Part shown: positions 25,974 through 36,109 of the stretch, piece after piece | Position numbering within the stretch: the stretch's first letter is position 1 | Layout: the number at the start of each line of letters is the position of its first letter | Origin: Nitrospirota bacterium | Lineage (GTDB): Bacteria > Nitrospirota > UBA9217 | DNA: 64,000 bases | Assembly: GCA_963818475.1 (NCBI GenBank) | Contig: CAWFSF010000006.1 | Coordinates: 192,001 to 256,000, forward strand | Direction: 5' to 3' | Notes under the pieces: model-generated | Databases searched by the model: none | What the model was told of the DNA's origin: nothing | The model's input: only the letters and a program-made list of their open reading frames with translations | Translations under genes and position numbers: made by a program

Positions 25974-26032
25974 TTATAACCACCGATTCGAGAGCGGCGC
26001 GAAAAGAACGCGCCTCAATCGTATCGTTAGTT
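25974..26032 (+). other. attC site 1
   Basis: TTATAAC..GATT(C)GAG..GCGCG-loop-CGCGC CTCAATC..GTTAGTT, 59 bp, extrahelical base. Confidence 0.88.
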
Positions 26033-26056
26033 TGGATAAATTGATGGAGGCTTCGC

Positions 26057-26719
26057 ATGAAAAAAAGGATGAAAATTCTGAGCATCATAATTATTGTGCT
26101 ACTTGGCGTTGCCATTGTCAGCTGGATCAATTTATTGCATCCGGGCTATTTTCAGCTCGAGAAAACTACGAAGAAAGAATTTAACTACAATGTTTTCCCT
26201 TTTACTTCCACCAACTTTTTTAAGAAATACATATTTCCGCAGAAAGTAAGTTCGTTTGTAAATGCCTTTTCAAAGCCAGATGACACCTATATTGATGACA
26301 ATGAAGGCTGCCCTATCGGCCAATTGCACAAATGGCTTCTGAAAGATCAAAACATTGAGCTGCTCGTACTCGGTGACTGTTATAGGCCTGAAGTTGATTA
26401 TTCCGCAAGCACAGGGCTCTATGCTGTCAGGCAACTTGATGATAACGCGCCTACTTCATTCGATGATGTTTGGGGGATTAGACTCGGCGCTTCAGATATC
26501 GAGGTAAAAGAGAAACTGGATCAACTTATTAAGGGGCATCCTGACTTGAATTTGACGCAAGACGCGGAAGGCTCACCAGTGCACTGTCATGTGGCCGGCA
26601 AAATGAAACATCAATATGTTCTCAGCAAGGATGGCAACTATCTCTTTTTCATTATCGATATGAATGATCACCTTGAAACTATCATGTACACAACAATAGA
26701 TGTGCGAGCCGCTTGTTAA
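26057..26719 (+). CDS. Cassette 2 membrane-anchored hypothetical protein
   Basis: GGAGG RBS, N-terminal hydrophobic anchor, AT-rich. Confidence 0.8.
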   Translation: MKKRMKILSIIIIVLLGVAIVSWINLLHPGYFQLEKTTKKEFNYNVFPFTSTNFFKKYIFPQKVSSFVNAFSKPDDTYIDDNEGCPIGQLHKWLLKDQNIELLVLGDCYRPEVDYSASTGLYAVRQLDDNAPTSFDDVWGIRLGASDIEVKEKLDQLIKGHPDLNLTQDAEGSPVHCHVAGKMKHQYVLSKDGNYLFFIIDMNDHLETIMYTTIDVRAAC

Positions 26720-26741
26720 TTAAAAGCAGCTCGATAAATGA

Positions 26742-26800
26742 TATCAACAAGCGCCTCGACTGCGACGCGCCAAAGGCGGCGCGTCAGGCGCGCGTTATCC
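26742..26800 (+). other. attC site 2
   Basis: TATCAAC..GCGCCT(C)GAC..GACGCGCC-loop-GGCGCGTCAGGCGC..GTTATCC. Confidence 0.85.
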
Positions 26801-26868
26801 TGTGTCGGTATCGACCTGCTGGTTAGTTATGTAACAGCGGGTCGCAAAGTAAAAAGCAAAGGAAACGA

Positions 26869-27262
26869 TATGACTCCTGATGAAATTAAGAAGCTTTCCG
26901 ATACGGAATTAATCGTAATAACTAAATTATGGAATCCTCTTAATCCAGATTGCGAACTAGCTTTACGTGAGATCTGTCGAAGACAAGAAATAAAAGAAAC
27001 AGAAAATAAATTTCAAATGTCTATCTCCGTCCGGTGGGCTCGGATTGCTGGCATTGCTGCAATTGTTGGAATAGTTGTTCCGTTTTTGCCAATTCAGAAA
27101 TGTAGTACGAATGATAATGGTACGCCTTCCAAGATTGAGCAAAATATCCAACAGCCCACCAGAAATATAATATCTTCATCTTCTTCAAATACGGTTCTTG
27201 ATAATTCCATAAATTTAAAAAAGACTTCAACATATGCCGCTCCTTCACGAAAAAGAAAATGA
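26869..27262 (+). CDS. Cassette 3 single-TM hypothetical protein
   Basis: MTPDEIKK start after AAAGGA; TM IAGIAAIVGIVVPFL; stop abuts attC3. Confidence 0.65.
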
Positions 27263-27317
27263 TCCAACCACCGCGTCCACGCCGACCGCTTCGCGGCGTG
27301 TGAACTCGTCGTTATGC
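27262..27317 (+). other. attC site 3
   Basis: ATCCAAC..CACGCCG..CGGCGTG..GTTATGC. Confidence 0.75.
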
Positions 27318-27338
27318 GCTTACGATAGGTGATATTGA

Positions 27339-28013
27339 ATGATAAATAAAATCGTCTTGATCATGTTGAGCACGACCTTCTTATTTCCAACAGTTGCGGA
27401 CTGCGGGTGGCAGGAAAAAGGAGCGTTGTGGACGTACTTCGACGCTCTATCGAAGAGTGACACAAAACAAATTGATAAATTGCTCAGTCCTGGCTTTGAA
27501 TACCACTATTATAAAAATAATAAACTTGTCAAATTAGACCGAGATAGTGAACTAAAAAGCCTGATGCAGCTATTCAAGGACCTATCCACCGGCAGTTTCG
27601 AACTTCCTGCCCTGTTTGCTCAGGATGAAAATGATGACAACAAATTCTATATAAAGTTGCCAGTTTTTTTCAACGATTCTCCGAAAGTGTATACTGATTC
27701 TCCTTTCCGAGGTGCATTTTTAATAATTGACGAGACACTTATCATCAAGGTAGAAAACGAAAAAATTGTCAGAATTGTTGAGACAAAGGATAAAAAAAGG
27801 AAAAATAAACTTACTTTCGGTTTTTTAAAGACGCTACATCTGGGAAACACGGATGGAGCCAATAGGGAAGAAAAAAATGTGCTGTTCTACGAGATGCGTG
27901 ATGTCAAGACTCGCGAATTGTTGCTGATTAAGAAAATAACCGATGTCCGTCATAAGTATATCGTTGAGACTTACCATTGGCCCAACGGCCAGAAAATAGA
28001 AAACTTCCAATGA
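27339..28013 (+). CDS. Cassette 4 exported hypothetical protein, possibly NTF2/SnoaL-like N-terminus
   Basis: Signal peptide; YFDALSKSDTKQIDKLLSPGFEY pattern. Confidence 0.7.
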   Translation: MINKIVLIMLSTTFLFPTVADCGWQEKGALWTYFDALSKSDTKQIDKLLSPGFEYHYYKNNKLVKLDRDSELKSLMQLFKDLSTGSFELPALFAQDENDDNKFYIKLPVFFNDSPKVYTDSPFRGAFLIIDETLIIKVENEKIVRIVETKDKKRKNKLTFGFLKTLHLGNTDGANREEKNVLFYEMRDVKTRELLLIKKITDVRHKYIVETYHWPNGQKIENFQ

Positions 28014-28017
28014 GAGT

Positions 28018-28062
28018 CGATAACAACTCCGTACCTTTAGGCGAAAATAGTCGGCGTTAGGT
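28018..28062 (+). other. Degenerate short attC site 4
   Basis: CGATAAC...GTTAGGT, only 45 bp, poor internal palindrome. Confidence 0.45.
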
Positions 28063-28071
28063 AGGCAACAA

Positions 28072-28437
28072 ATGAACTTAAATAAAATTCAAATAGCAAA
28101 GTATCTTTTTATAGCTAATGCAGTTCTTGTGAGTGTAGGATATGGAGCACTAGCGGGCTTGATGGCCTTTGTATACGACTCAGGACCAGGACCGCATCTA
28201 AAAGCAGCAATGACCGCCTTCTCTATTGTCTTCTTTACACTTGCAATATTTTGGTCGTTGTTTTGCTATGGGGCCTATAAAGGCATAAAAAGCAATAAAC
28301 TATATTTCAAAATCATTTTCTGGTTATTTGTAATGTGTAGCATAGTTTTAGTGGTTTTCCCGGTCGGTACAATGTTTGCTGTTGCTATAATTTACCTTTG
28401 GCGATCTATCAAAAAAGAAGAAACTACTAATGCATAA
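28072..28437 (+). CDS. Cassette 5 multi-pass membrane protein
   Basis: 121 aa, three to four hydrophobic segments. Confidence 0.75.
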   Translation: MNLNKIQIAKYLFIANAVLVSVGYGALAGLMAFVYDSGPGPHLKAAMTAFSIVFFTLAIFWSLFCYGAYKGIKSNKLYFKIIFWLFVMCSIVLVVFPVGTMFAVAIIYLWRSIKKEETTNA

Positions 28438-28444
28438 CAAGCCT

Positions 28445-28550
28445 GCCTAACAACACGTCAGAGCTGACGGGGAACACGGTCTGCTTCTCATAGAGCATTC
28501 TACCTGGGCAACCGGCGGTGGCCCGCAGCTCAACTCCCCTGGCGTTAATC
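28445..28550 (+). other. attC site 5 (long)
   Basis: GCCTAAC..GAGCTGACGGG...CCCGCAGCTC..GTTAATC, 106 bp. Confidence 0.8.
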
Positions 28551-28560
28551 CTCAACTGAA

Positions 28561-29130
28561 ATGAGGTGCATGAACATGAAGCAACCTGTATTTCTATCCA
28601 TCTTATTACTGGTGATGCTTCTCAGTAACGCATCAAAATTAAAAGCTGAGGTTCCACCCGAGAAGATACCCTGCTCTTCTATCGCCAATCTCGACCTACA
28701 AAATATCACCATTAACAATATCAAATTTGTCGATGGAGAAGCATGTACATCAGATTCCGATATAATGTCGGATTGTGATTGGGAACATGAAATATCAGGG
28801 AATGAACTTCTCAAGCCGGTCCCAGATAAAGAAGTTCGCATCATCATTATTAACTCCAACCATAAAACGGGAAGTGGAGCTTGGGACACCGTCTTAGTAT
28901 TTGATTGTATTAATGGCGCTGTGAGAAAGGTATTTGAGAATAAATACCTTTATGGTGTCAAAATCGAGAAAATTACAGATGGAGAATTCTTACTGACTTC
29001 CGGCGCGTGGCAGCCAAAAGACCCAATGTGTTGCCCCACAAAAGATAAGCATGAAAGATATCAATGGGATTCGGCTAAGGGTACATATATTCTTGAAAGT
29101 ACGACAACCTCTAAAAAGAAATTGCAATGA
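28561..29130 (+). CDS. Cassette 6 exported Cys-rich hypothetical protein
   Basis: Signal peptide; DPMCCPT...YQWD motif. Confidence 0.75.
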   Translation: MRCMNMKQPVFLSILLLVMLLSNASKLKAEVPPEKIPCSSIANLDLQNITINNIKFVDGEACTSDSDIMSDCDWEHEISGNELLKPVPDKEVRIIIINSNHKTGSGAWDTVLVFDCINGAVRKVFENKYLYGVKIEKITDGEFLLTSGAWQPKDPMCCPTKDKHERYQWDSAKGTYILESTTTSKKKLQ

Positions 29131-29187
29131 TTAACCTGGCGCTCGACAGCGACGCGCCAAAGTCGGCGCGTCAGCCGCGCGTTGCTT
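29129..29187 (+). other. attC site 6
   Basis: GATTAAC (exact complement of upstream GTTAATC)..GACGCGCC-loop-GGCGCGTC..GTTGCTT; close relative of attC2. Confidence 0.85.
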
Positions 29188-29227
29188 TTTATTCTTCCGG
29201 CATGTTCAGACAAAGTAGGCGCGCTTA

Positions 29228-30186
29228 ATGAATCCAAAACAACCTATTAAACTCGGCATCAGCTCCTGCCTCCTGGGCAACAATGTCCGCTACGACGGCG
29301 GGCACAAGCTCGACCCTTATCTGCGCCAGACGCTGGGACAGTTCATCGAGTGGGTGCCGATCTGCCCTGAGGCGGAATGCGGACTGCCTGTTCCGCGGGA
29401 GGCAATGGACCTGGTCGGCGATCCGGAGTTCACCGCGGCCTGATCACCAGGGTCACGGGCGTAGACCATACGGGCCGCATGTTGCAATGGGTGAAGAAAA
29501 AACTGGCTGCACTCGAACGAGAAGACTTATGCGGCTTTGTGCTGAAGGCGCGGTCGCCGAGCTGCGGCGTGCATGATTCGAAGGTCTATTCCAAACCCGG
29601 CAGGGTCGCAAACGGAAGGGCGGGCTTGTTCGCCGAGGCGGTCATGGTCCGCTTTCCTTTCATGCCGGTCGAGGATGAAGAAGGGCTGCAAGACCCTGGC
29701 ATCAGGGAAAATTTCATCGAACGTCTGTTCGTGTATCAGCGATGGCAGGATTCTCTCGGTAAAGGAGGAACGGTCGGACAGCTGGTCGCGTTCCATAGCC
29801 GGCATAAATATATGCTCATGTCGCATAGCGCAAAGCACTTGAAGGAGCTGGGCAGCCTTGTTGCGGATCTCAAGAAGTACAAACGGTCGGAGCTGTACGA
29901 ACGGTATTTCAAAATCCTGATGGAAGGCCTGAACCTGCAGGCAACGGTCAGGAAGCATACCAATGTGCTGCAGCATATGGCAGGGTATTTCAAGAAACAG
30001 CTTACTCCCGCGGAAAAGCTGGAATTGCACGATGTCATCACCCAATACCGCCAGGGCCTTGTCCCGCTCATCGTACCGATCACGCTCATTAACCACTACG
30101 TAAGGAAGTACGACGACCCCTACCTGAAGGAACAGCATTACCTGAATCCTCACCCGCTGGAACTCATGCTCAGGAATCACGCCTGA
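29228..30186 (+). CDS. DUF523+DUF1722 (YbgA-like) protein (one frameshift)
   Basis: GISSCLLG..VRYDGGH, ICPE, SPSCG, FHSRHKY, YLNPHP. Confidence 0.88.
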
Positions 30187-30214
30187 TAACCTAACCCGGA
30201 CAAGCCGGAACCAA

Positions 30215-30490
30215 AATTTGCCACGAAGACTCGAAGTCACGAAGAAAAACGAAAATTGCTTAAGCTACTGTTTTAATAATTGGATTAAGGCCGTAACTTT
30301 GTGTCTTCGTGCCTTCGTGGCAAAATATTCTTGCCGTTTTGAGTAGAATTTGATTCGTAACTAACTAACCTGGACGAACTCATATTTGCCACGAAGGCAC
30401 GAAGGCGCGAAGAAATGTCTGAGTCCTTGAGATTTATGAAATTAACAGGTTTACGGACGTTCTTCGAGTCTTAGTGTCTTCGTGGCGAAA
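30215..30490. repeat. Two octamer-type (CACGAAGR) inverted-repeat units
   Basis: gccacgaagactcgaagtcacgaag...cttcgtgccttcgtggc, repeated; related unit at 38095-38182. Confidence 0.8.
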
Positions 30491-30661
30491 GCCTTAGCCC
30501 GACGTTTATGCCCTCCTGCATGCATAAACACAACAGTTTCCGCAGTTATAACGTTAAAATCCGCTACAAAAGCCCTTCTTTTGCGAGACTTAATTGCTTT
30601 TCGCCTGGATAGTCTGTATAATGTCATTCTTAAAATAGGGACTGAACCACGAAAGGAACAC

Positions 30662-32398
30662 ATGGAAGAGCGTATACAGAAGATCATATCAGCCGCGGGG
30701 GTCACATCGCGCCGCGCTGCGGAAGAGCTTATAGCCGAGGGCAGGGTGCGGGTGAACGGCCAGGTGGTGACCGAACTCGGGACCAAGGCAGACCCGTCCA
30801 AGGACCATATCAAGGTTGACGGCAAACTTATCAATCCCCACCAGCCGCTTACCTATATCATGCTGAACAAACCGGCAGGGTATGTGACGACCATGTCCGA
30901 TCCGGAGGGGCGGCCCACGGTGCAGGACCTGCTCAAAGGGGTCAAGATCAGGGTCTATCCCGTCGGCAGGCTGGACTACAATACCGAAGGGCTTCTGCTG
31001 CTTACGAATGACGGTGATTTCGCCCACCTGGTAACGCACCCCAAACACGAATTCCCCAAGACCTACCTGGCGAAGATCAAGGGTGTGCTCGAGGATGGAG
31101 CGATCGCGGCGCTCGAAGCTGGCGTTTTCCTGAAGGACGGGAAGACCGCGCCTGCGAAGATAAAAAAGATCAGGAAGGAAGAATCCAATTCCTGGCTCGA
31201 GATCACGATCCACGAAGGACGGAAGCGGCAGGTGCGCCGCATGTTCGACCACATGGGGCATACGGTGATCCGTCTCAAAAGGGTCAAGACCGGCGGGCTC
31301 ACGCTGGGCGACCTTCCTGAAGGCAGAATGCGCTATCTGACGCCTGAAGAGGTGGCCATCCTCAGGGCAACGGCCGAGAAGACCGATGTCGGCGGCCAGC
31401 AGGTCAGGGTATACAAGCCGGAGATGAAGAAGCAGAAGGCAGAAGCAAGAGAACTGCAGGGTTCAGGGTCCGGGGTCCAGGGTTCGGGTGGAAGAGAAGA
31501 GAGAATAAACGCAGGTCCAAAGACCATGGTTATGCACGAGACCGGTACCGGCCTCAGGAAGAACCAGCAGGGCAGGCCCGAGAGGAGCGGCAGCTTCGCA
31601 AGGACCAGCGAACCTGGTTTCACCCCACGCACCGCATCCAGCCGGCCGCCGAGGACAGACCGTCCCTCTGCTGCTGGCAGGCCGGCCTCCAGCCGTTCTG
31701 CATCAGGAACGTATGCGCGTAAGCCTGATACCGGGAATCCCGATTGGAAGACATCCCGGCCCCGGCCAGCAGCCGGCGCCCGGCCCGGCACACGACCCGG
31801 TTATTCGAGAAGCAGCGCGCCTGCTCGCGGGGCAAGAGATGAGGTAAGCAGTACCCGTCCCGGAAGTTTCAAACCCCGAAGTGATCGTCCCTATAGCCCG
31901 GGCGCGCGATCTACCTATGATCATGCGGCAACAGGAACGTATGCGCGCAGTGCAGCGCCAGGGACTCCACGCAGCAGGCCGTCAGCGTCCGCATCCGCAC
32001 GGCCGAGGCCATCAGCCGGCGGCCGGCCCGACTCAAGACCCGGTTATGCAAGAAGCAGCGCGCCCGCTCGCGGAGGAAGGGATGATGGCCGCAGCACCCG
32101 CCCCTCGAGCTTCAATTCCCGTCCCGGCCGGCCTTACAGCCCGGGAGCACGATCTGCGTCAGACCGCCCGGCAGCAGGAACATATACGCGCAGTGCAGCG
32201 CCGAGGACTTCGAGCAGCAGGCCGTCAACGGGAGCACCCGCATGGAAGGCAGGCGCCCGTCCGAGGCCTAACCCCGGTGCATGGCCCAGCAAGGGGGGAG
32301 CCGGTGGCAGAGTCTCGGGACCCCGTCCGAACAAAAGTACCCATAAAGGGCCGGCACGCGGGCCCAAGGGCGGCGGTCGCAGCGCAGGGAGAAGATAA
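30662..32398 (+). CDS. rluB: RsuA/RluB-family pseudouridine synthase with long repetitive C-terminal tail
   Basis: S4 domain ERIQK..SRRAAE, NKPAGY, VGRLD, EGRKRQVRRM. Confidence 0.85.
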   Translation: MEERIQKIISAAGVTSRRAAEELIAEGRVRVNGQVVTELGTKADPSKDHIKVDGKLINPHQPLTYIMLNKPAGYVTTMSDPEGRPTVQDLLKGVKIRVYPVGRLDYNTEGLLLLTNDGDFAHLVTHPKHEFPKTYLAKIKGVLEDGAIAALEAGVFLKDGKTAPAKIKKIRKEESNSWLEITIHEGRKRQVRRMFDHMGHTVIRLKRVKTGGLTLGDLPEGRMRYLTPEEVAILRATAEKTDVGGQQVRVYKPEMKKQKAEARELQGSGSGVQGSGGREERINAGPKTMVMHETGTGLRKNQQGRPERSGSFARTSEPGFTPRTASSRPPRTDRPSAAGRPASSRSASGTYARKPDTGNPDWKTSRPRPAAGARPGTRPGYSRSSAPARGARDEVSSTRPGSFKPRSDRPYSPGARSTYDHAATGTYARSAAPGTPRSRPSASASARPRPSAGGRPDSRPGYARSSAPARGGRDDGRSTRPSSFNSRPGRPYSPGARSASDRPAAGTYTRSAAPRTSSSRPSTGAPAWKAGARPRPNPGAWPSKGGAGGRVSGPRPNKSTHKGPARGPKGGGRSAGRR

Positions 32399-32612
32399 TA
32401 CAGCATAAGGGTTTGACGTGAGGTCGAGCGATATTTAAGCAGACTGCGAGACTCCTCAAACAGGAAGTAAATAATTTACACAGATCAAGTCGGATAAAAT
32501 ATGATGTTCACTGATACTTCAAGGTGTTAGTAAATGGGTTTTAATCATAAAAAATCAGCCCGTATCAGTGTCAAATGCTTTGCTTGTTTTGGCATCAGCC
32601 CCTGGTCAGGAT

Positions 32613-32924
32613 ATGCCACCAGCAGCAAAACAAAAGAATAAAGACTTTCTTCGCGCTCATGCGGTCATTCACGGCCGCGTGCAGGGCGTTTTTTTTCGCG
32701 CCAGCGCCCGCGACGAGGCGCTGCGCATCGGCGTTGGCGGATGGGTCCGCAACCTTCCTGACGGATCGGTTGAGGCATTGTTCGAAGGAGAGACCCTGAA
32801 GGTCGAGGAAATCCTCGGCTGGTGCCACAAAGGCCCGTCAGGCGCGCGGGTGAGCAGCGTGGACATCACGTTCGAACCGTACAAGGGGGAGTTCAGGCAC
32901 TTTGAGATCCGGTATGGTTACTAA
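32613..32924 (+). CDS. acyP: Acylphosphatase
   Basis: [21 protein letters not shown]. Confidence 0.93.
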   Translation: MPPAAKQKNKDFLRAHAVIHGRVQGVFFRASARDEALRIGVGGWVRNLPDGSVEALFEGETLKVEEILGWCHKGPSGARVSSVDITFEPYKGEFRHFEIRYGY

Positions 32925-33636
32925 ACACGGAATTGTTTTTGCGCTGCTGTCCCTGCTCGCTTTCGGCTGCAAGGAAGAGAAGCCGCCGGAGCCGAAAAAG
33001 GTACAGTCTCCTCCCGTGGTGTTCACTCAAAAGCATCCGGTGCTTACGAGCGAACAGCGCGCAGAGCTCAATTTTCCAGCCGATATCCTGTCCCAGGTCG
33101 AGCTTGCGGCAGGGGCCGAGGCGGAGCCGTTCTTCGAGACCGTGATGGTGCCTGCAGAGAACCTGAAAGGCGAAACAAGCCTTGAGCGGGAGCGGCTGGC
33201 GGGATTCAGCGTACGAACGAAAAGTGCTGTCGAGACCGTTGACGCTCTGTCCGGAAAACTCCGCGCCAGGGGCTTTCTTATTTTTCGCAGCCGCAGGAAC
33301 TACGGGAATGTGCCGGACCATGTAACTGTGGTGAAGGGCAACAGCTCCTACGATATTCTGAAATGCCAGAGGACCGAAGGTATAAGCTTCAACCTCGACA
33401 CCAAGGCGATCATCGCCTGGCTCAAGGAGCAGCAGAAGCAGGGCTCCTTTGTGATCGTCGGAGCAGGGCCGGACTGGGTCGAGGCGCGGTTCGTCAAACA
33501 GCCGCAGAACATGCATGCTTTCGCGAAACAGATCTATGCTTTTGCTCCGGACACGGTGTCTGCGGAAGCGGGAACGCTCGAAAAGCTGGCAAAGAAAATG
33601 ACGCGCACGAACCGCTTTTATCTGGTGTGGGACTGA
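32914..33636 (+). CDS. DUF4253-like lipoprotein
   Basis: Lipobox LAFGC; YAFAPDTV...FYLVWD C-terminus. Confidence 0.75.
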   Translation: MVTKHGIVFALLSLLAFGCKEEKPPEPKKVQSPPVVFTQKHPVLTSEQRAELNFPADILSQVELAAGAEAEPFFETVMVPAENLKGETSLERERLAGFSVRTKSAVETVDALSGKLRARGFLIFRSRRNYGNVPDHVTVVKGNSSYDILKCQRTEGISFNLDTKAIIAWLKEQQKQGSFVIVGAGPDWVEARFVKQPQNMHAFAKQIYAFAPDTVSAEAGTLEKLAKKMTRTNRFYLVWD

Positions 33637-33715
33637 GAATTGCGGATTTCGGATTTCGGATTGCGGAATGAGAAAAGGCTGGGGCTCTCCAGTTTCACAC
33701 CTTTTCGGATAATGC

Positions 33716-33901
33716 ATGAAAACTGCAATGAATATACTGCTTGGGATCGTTCTTCTCATCATTGCCCTTTCGTTTGTTCTTGTCTACGTTAACACCCATC
33801 CGCCAAAGTATCCGCTCCACATTCCGCCTTCGGATTATCATGTGCCCTATGAGACCGTTTCGTTCACAACGCGGGACGGCATCACGCTCTTTTATTTTTG
33901 A
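33716..33901 (+). pseudogene. Truncated N-terminus of an alpha/beta hydrolase-like protein
   Basis: TM anchor then [21 protein letters not shown], ends abruptly. Confidence 0.55.
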
Positions 33902-33933
33902 CAGTGCAGGTCTTTTGCGGTAAGGTAGGCACC

Positions 33934-34632
33934 ATGTTCATCCTCGGCATCGAAACATCTACGAAGACAGGCAGTGTCGCGGTGGTCTCCGAGACGGGTG
34001 TCATCGCGCAATACAGCCTGAACATCGAAGTGACGCACTCCGAGCGTCTCATGTCCACGGTGGACCGGGTGTTGAAGGACATCGGTATCGCTATCGCTGA
34101 TATGGACGGCTTTGCCGTTGCCATCGGGCCGGGTTCGTTCACCGGCCTTCGCATCGGGCTTGCGGCGATCAAGGGCCTTGCCTTTGCCACAGGAAAGCCG
34201 GTGGCAGCAGTACCCACGCTCAAAGCGCTCGCCTGGAACCTGCCGCAGGCCTCTCATCCTGTTTGCCCCCTGCTTGATGCGCGCAAGAAAGAGGTGTATG
34301 CGGCACTCTACCGGTACGAAGGGCCTCGGCTCGTGCAGCTCATGCCGGAAGCAACGATAGCGCTTGCCGAGATCGCTGACAGGATCCCGGGGACCGTGCT
34401 GTTCACCGGCGAGGCGTCCCGTCTCTTTCAGCAGGCGCTTGAACAGGCTTTCGGGGACCGGGCGCTCTTTGCGCCGAGAACGGCATGCCTGCCCTCTGCT
34501 GCAGCGGTCGCCGAGATCGGGCTCGGAATGCTGCGGAACGGAGAGCAGACCGATCCGGATAATCTGACCCCCCTGTATATCCGCAGGCCGGAGGCGGAAG
34601 TGGCATGGGAAAAGCGACAGGCATCACTATAG
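33934..34632 (+). CDS. tsaB: t6A biosynthesis protein TsaB
   Basis: [37 protein letters not shown]. Confidence 0.95.
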   Translation: MFILGIETSTKTGSVAVVSETGVIAQYSLNIEVTHSERLMSTVDRVLKDIGIAIADMDGFAVAIGPGSFTGLRIGLAAIKGLAFATGKPVAAVPTLKALAWNLPQASHPVCPLLDARKKEVYAALYRYEGPRLVQLMPEATIALAEIADRIPGTVLFTGEASRLFQQALEQAFGDRALFAPRTACLPSAAAVAEIGLGMLRNGEQTDPDNLTPLYIRRPEAEVAWEKRQASL

Positions 34633-35111
34633 ATTTCATGAAGAAAGAGGACCTGGACCAGGTCATGGCCATTGAACAGGCCTCGTTTTCCATGCCTTGG
34701 TCGCGTAACCTCTTTCTTTCCGAGTTCCGCAGCCCTTCGGTCTCGCGGCTCCTGGTCGCCCTGGTTGCGGATGCACCAATGCGCACCATTGCCGGTTATC
34801 TCATATTTTGGCTCGTGGCCGGGGAAATGCACATCCTGAACCTTGCCACGGTTCCCGGGTTGAGACGGCAGGGGATCGCCCGGCGTCTTGTTCTGGCAGG
34901 GCTCAGGTACGGATATTCGAAAGACGCGCGCCGTGCCTTTCTTGAGGTCCGCGTCTCGAACGAATCAGCGCGCAAGCTCTATTCCAGCCTCGGTTTCACC
35001 GGCACCGCTGTCAGGCGTGATTATTATGACGATCCCCTCGAGGACGCCATCGTGATGACACTCGAAGAGGGGGCTTATAAAAGCCTGGTATTCTCCCTTC
35101 AGGAACACTGA
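34605..35111 (+). CDS. rimI: Ribosomal protein S18 N-acetyltransferase
   Basis: IEQASFSMPWS, RRQGIA, LEVRVSN, RRDYY..EDAIVM. Confidence 0.92.
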   Translation: MGKATGITIDFMKKEDLDQVMAIEQASFSMPWSRNLFLSEFRSPSVSRLLVALVADAPMRTIAGYLIFWLVAGEMHILNLATVPGLRRQGIARRLVLAGLRYGYSKDARRAFLEVRVSNESARKLYSSLGFTGTAVRRDYYDDPLEDAIVMTLEEGAYKSLVFSLQEH

Positions 35112-35164
35112 AGAAAATCCCGTTCAGTATCTGAAAAATCCCGGGAACCTGTTGGTATAAAAGA

Positions 35165-35194
35165 TTGACATCCCATGCATCCATGGCTTATAAT
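35165..35194 (+). promoter_or_regulatory. Sigma70-type promoter
   Basis: TTGACA-18bp-TATAAT. Confidence 0.7.
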
Positions 35195-35245
35195 TGCGCA
35201 ATATATTTTTGTTTGTCACCTGAAATATTGTGAAATGGAGGGCCT

Positions 35246-35929
35246 ATGGCTGAAAAGAAAAAGCTTGGTGACTTTCTGAAGGAAGCCGGCCTGATCGATG
35301 ACTTTCAGCTCCAGACGGCACTTTCGCACCAACGGAACTGGGGCGGCAAGCTGGGATCCATCCTCGTTGAGATGGAGTTCATCCGCGAGGAGGAACTTGC
35401 CAGGGTGATCGCGGAAAAAATGGGCATCCCCTATGTGAACCTGTTCGAACCTGAACTTCCCGCGGCATCGATCATGCTCATCAAGGCCGATGTGGCAAAG
35501 AAATACGGCGTCATGCCGGTCAGAAAAGAAGGGAACTCGATCGTGATCGCCATGTCCGATCCGCTGGATATGGAGGCCATCGACGACCTCAGGTTCAGCA
35601 CCGGTTTAGTGGTCAAGCCTGCGCTGGCGCTGGAATCCGAGATCAAAGACGCCATCAGGAAATATTACGACGGCGAAGAAGTGGTCCGTAAAACGAAAGT
35701 GGTCTCTTTCGGCAAGCCTGGCAAGATGGAGATCATCTTCGGGAGCGATCTGATGTCGAACAGCAGTGAGGCTCAGGTTGCGGTCACCGCCCAGGGAGAG
35801 GCTTCCAGCAAGGGATCGCAGGAGGACCGTCTCCGCCTTGATGCGCTTATCACCCTGTTGATCGAAAAAAACATCATTAACCGCGAGGACCTCGTCAAAA
35901 TGATTTATCAAAAGAAAATCGGGTTGTAG
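35246..35929 (+). CDS. Stand-alone MshEN/GspE N-terminal domain protein
   Basis: KLGDFLKEAGLI..QLQTALSHQ..KLGSILVEM; IAMSDPLD; no ATPase domain. Confidence 0.85.
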   Translation: MAEKKKLGDFLKEAGLIDDFQLQTALSHQRNWGGKLGSILVEMEFIREEELARVIAEKMGIPYVNLFEPELPAASIMLIKADVAKKYGVMPVRKEGNSIVIAMSDPLDMEAIDDLRFSTGLVVKPALALESEIKDAIRKYYDGEEVVRKTKVVSFGKPGKMEIIFGSDLMSNSSEAQVAVTAQGEASSKGSQEDRLRLDALITLLIEKNIINREDLVKMIYQKKIGL

Positions 35930-36109
35930 GTGTTCAGGAAAGGTGTATATGAAAACCTGCCGGGATTTCATCAGGATAACGGTGAAAGGCAAACATATCC
36001 GCAGATTTCGCTGATGACGCATATTTTATAACCACTTGAGTGTTACGATTTTCTCTGTGTTCTCTGTGGTTGCTTTTGACAATACGGTCCAGGGGAAAGG
36101 AGTAGTGCA

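Larger units (their letters stand above)
25747..29187 (+). mobile_element. Integron cassette array without adjacent integrase (CALIN), six cassettes
   Basis: AT-rich single ORFs each followed by AAC...GTT palindromic attC sites. Confidence 0.88.
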
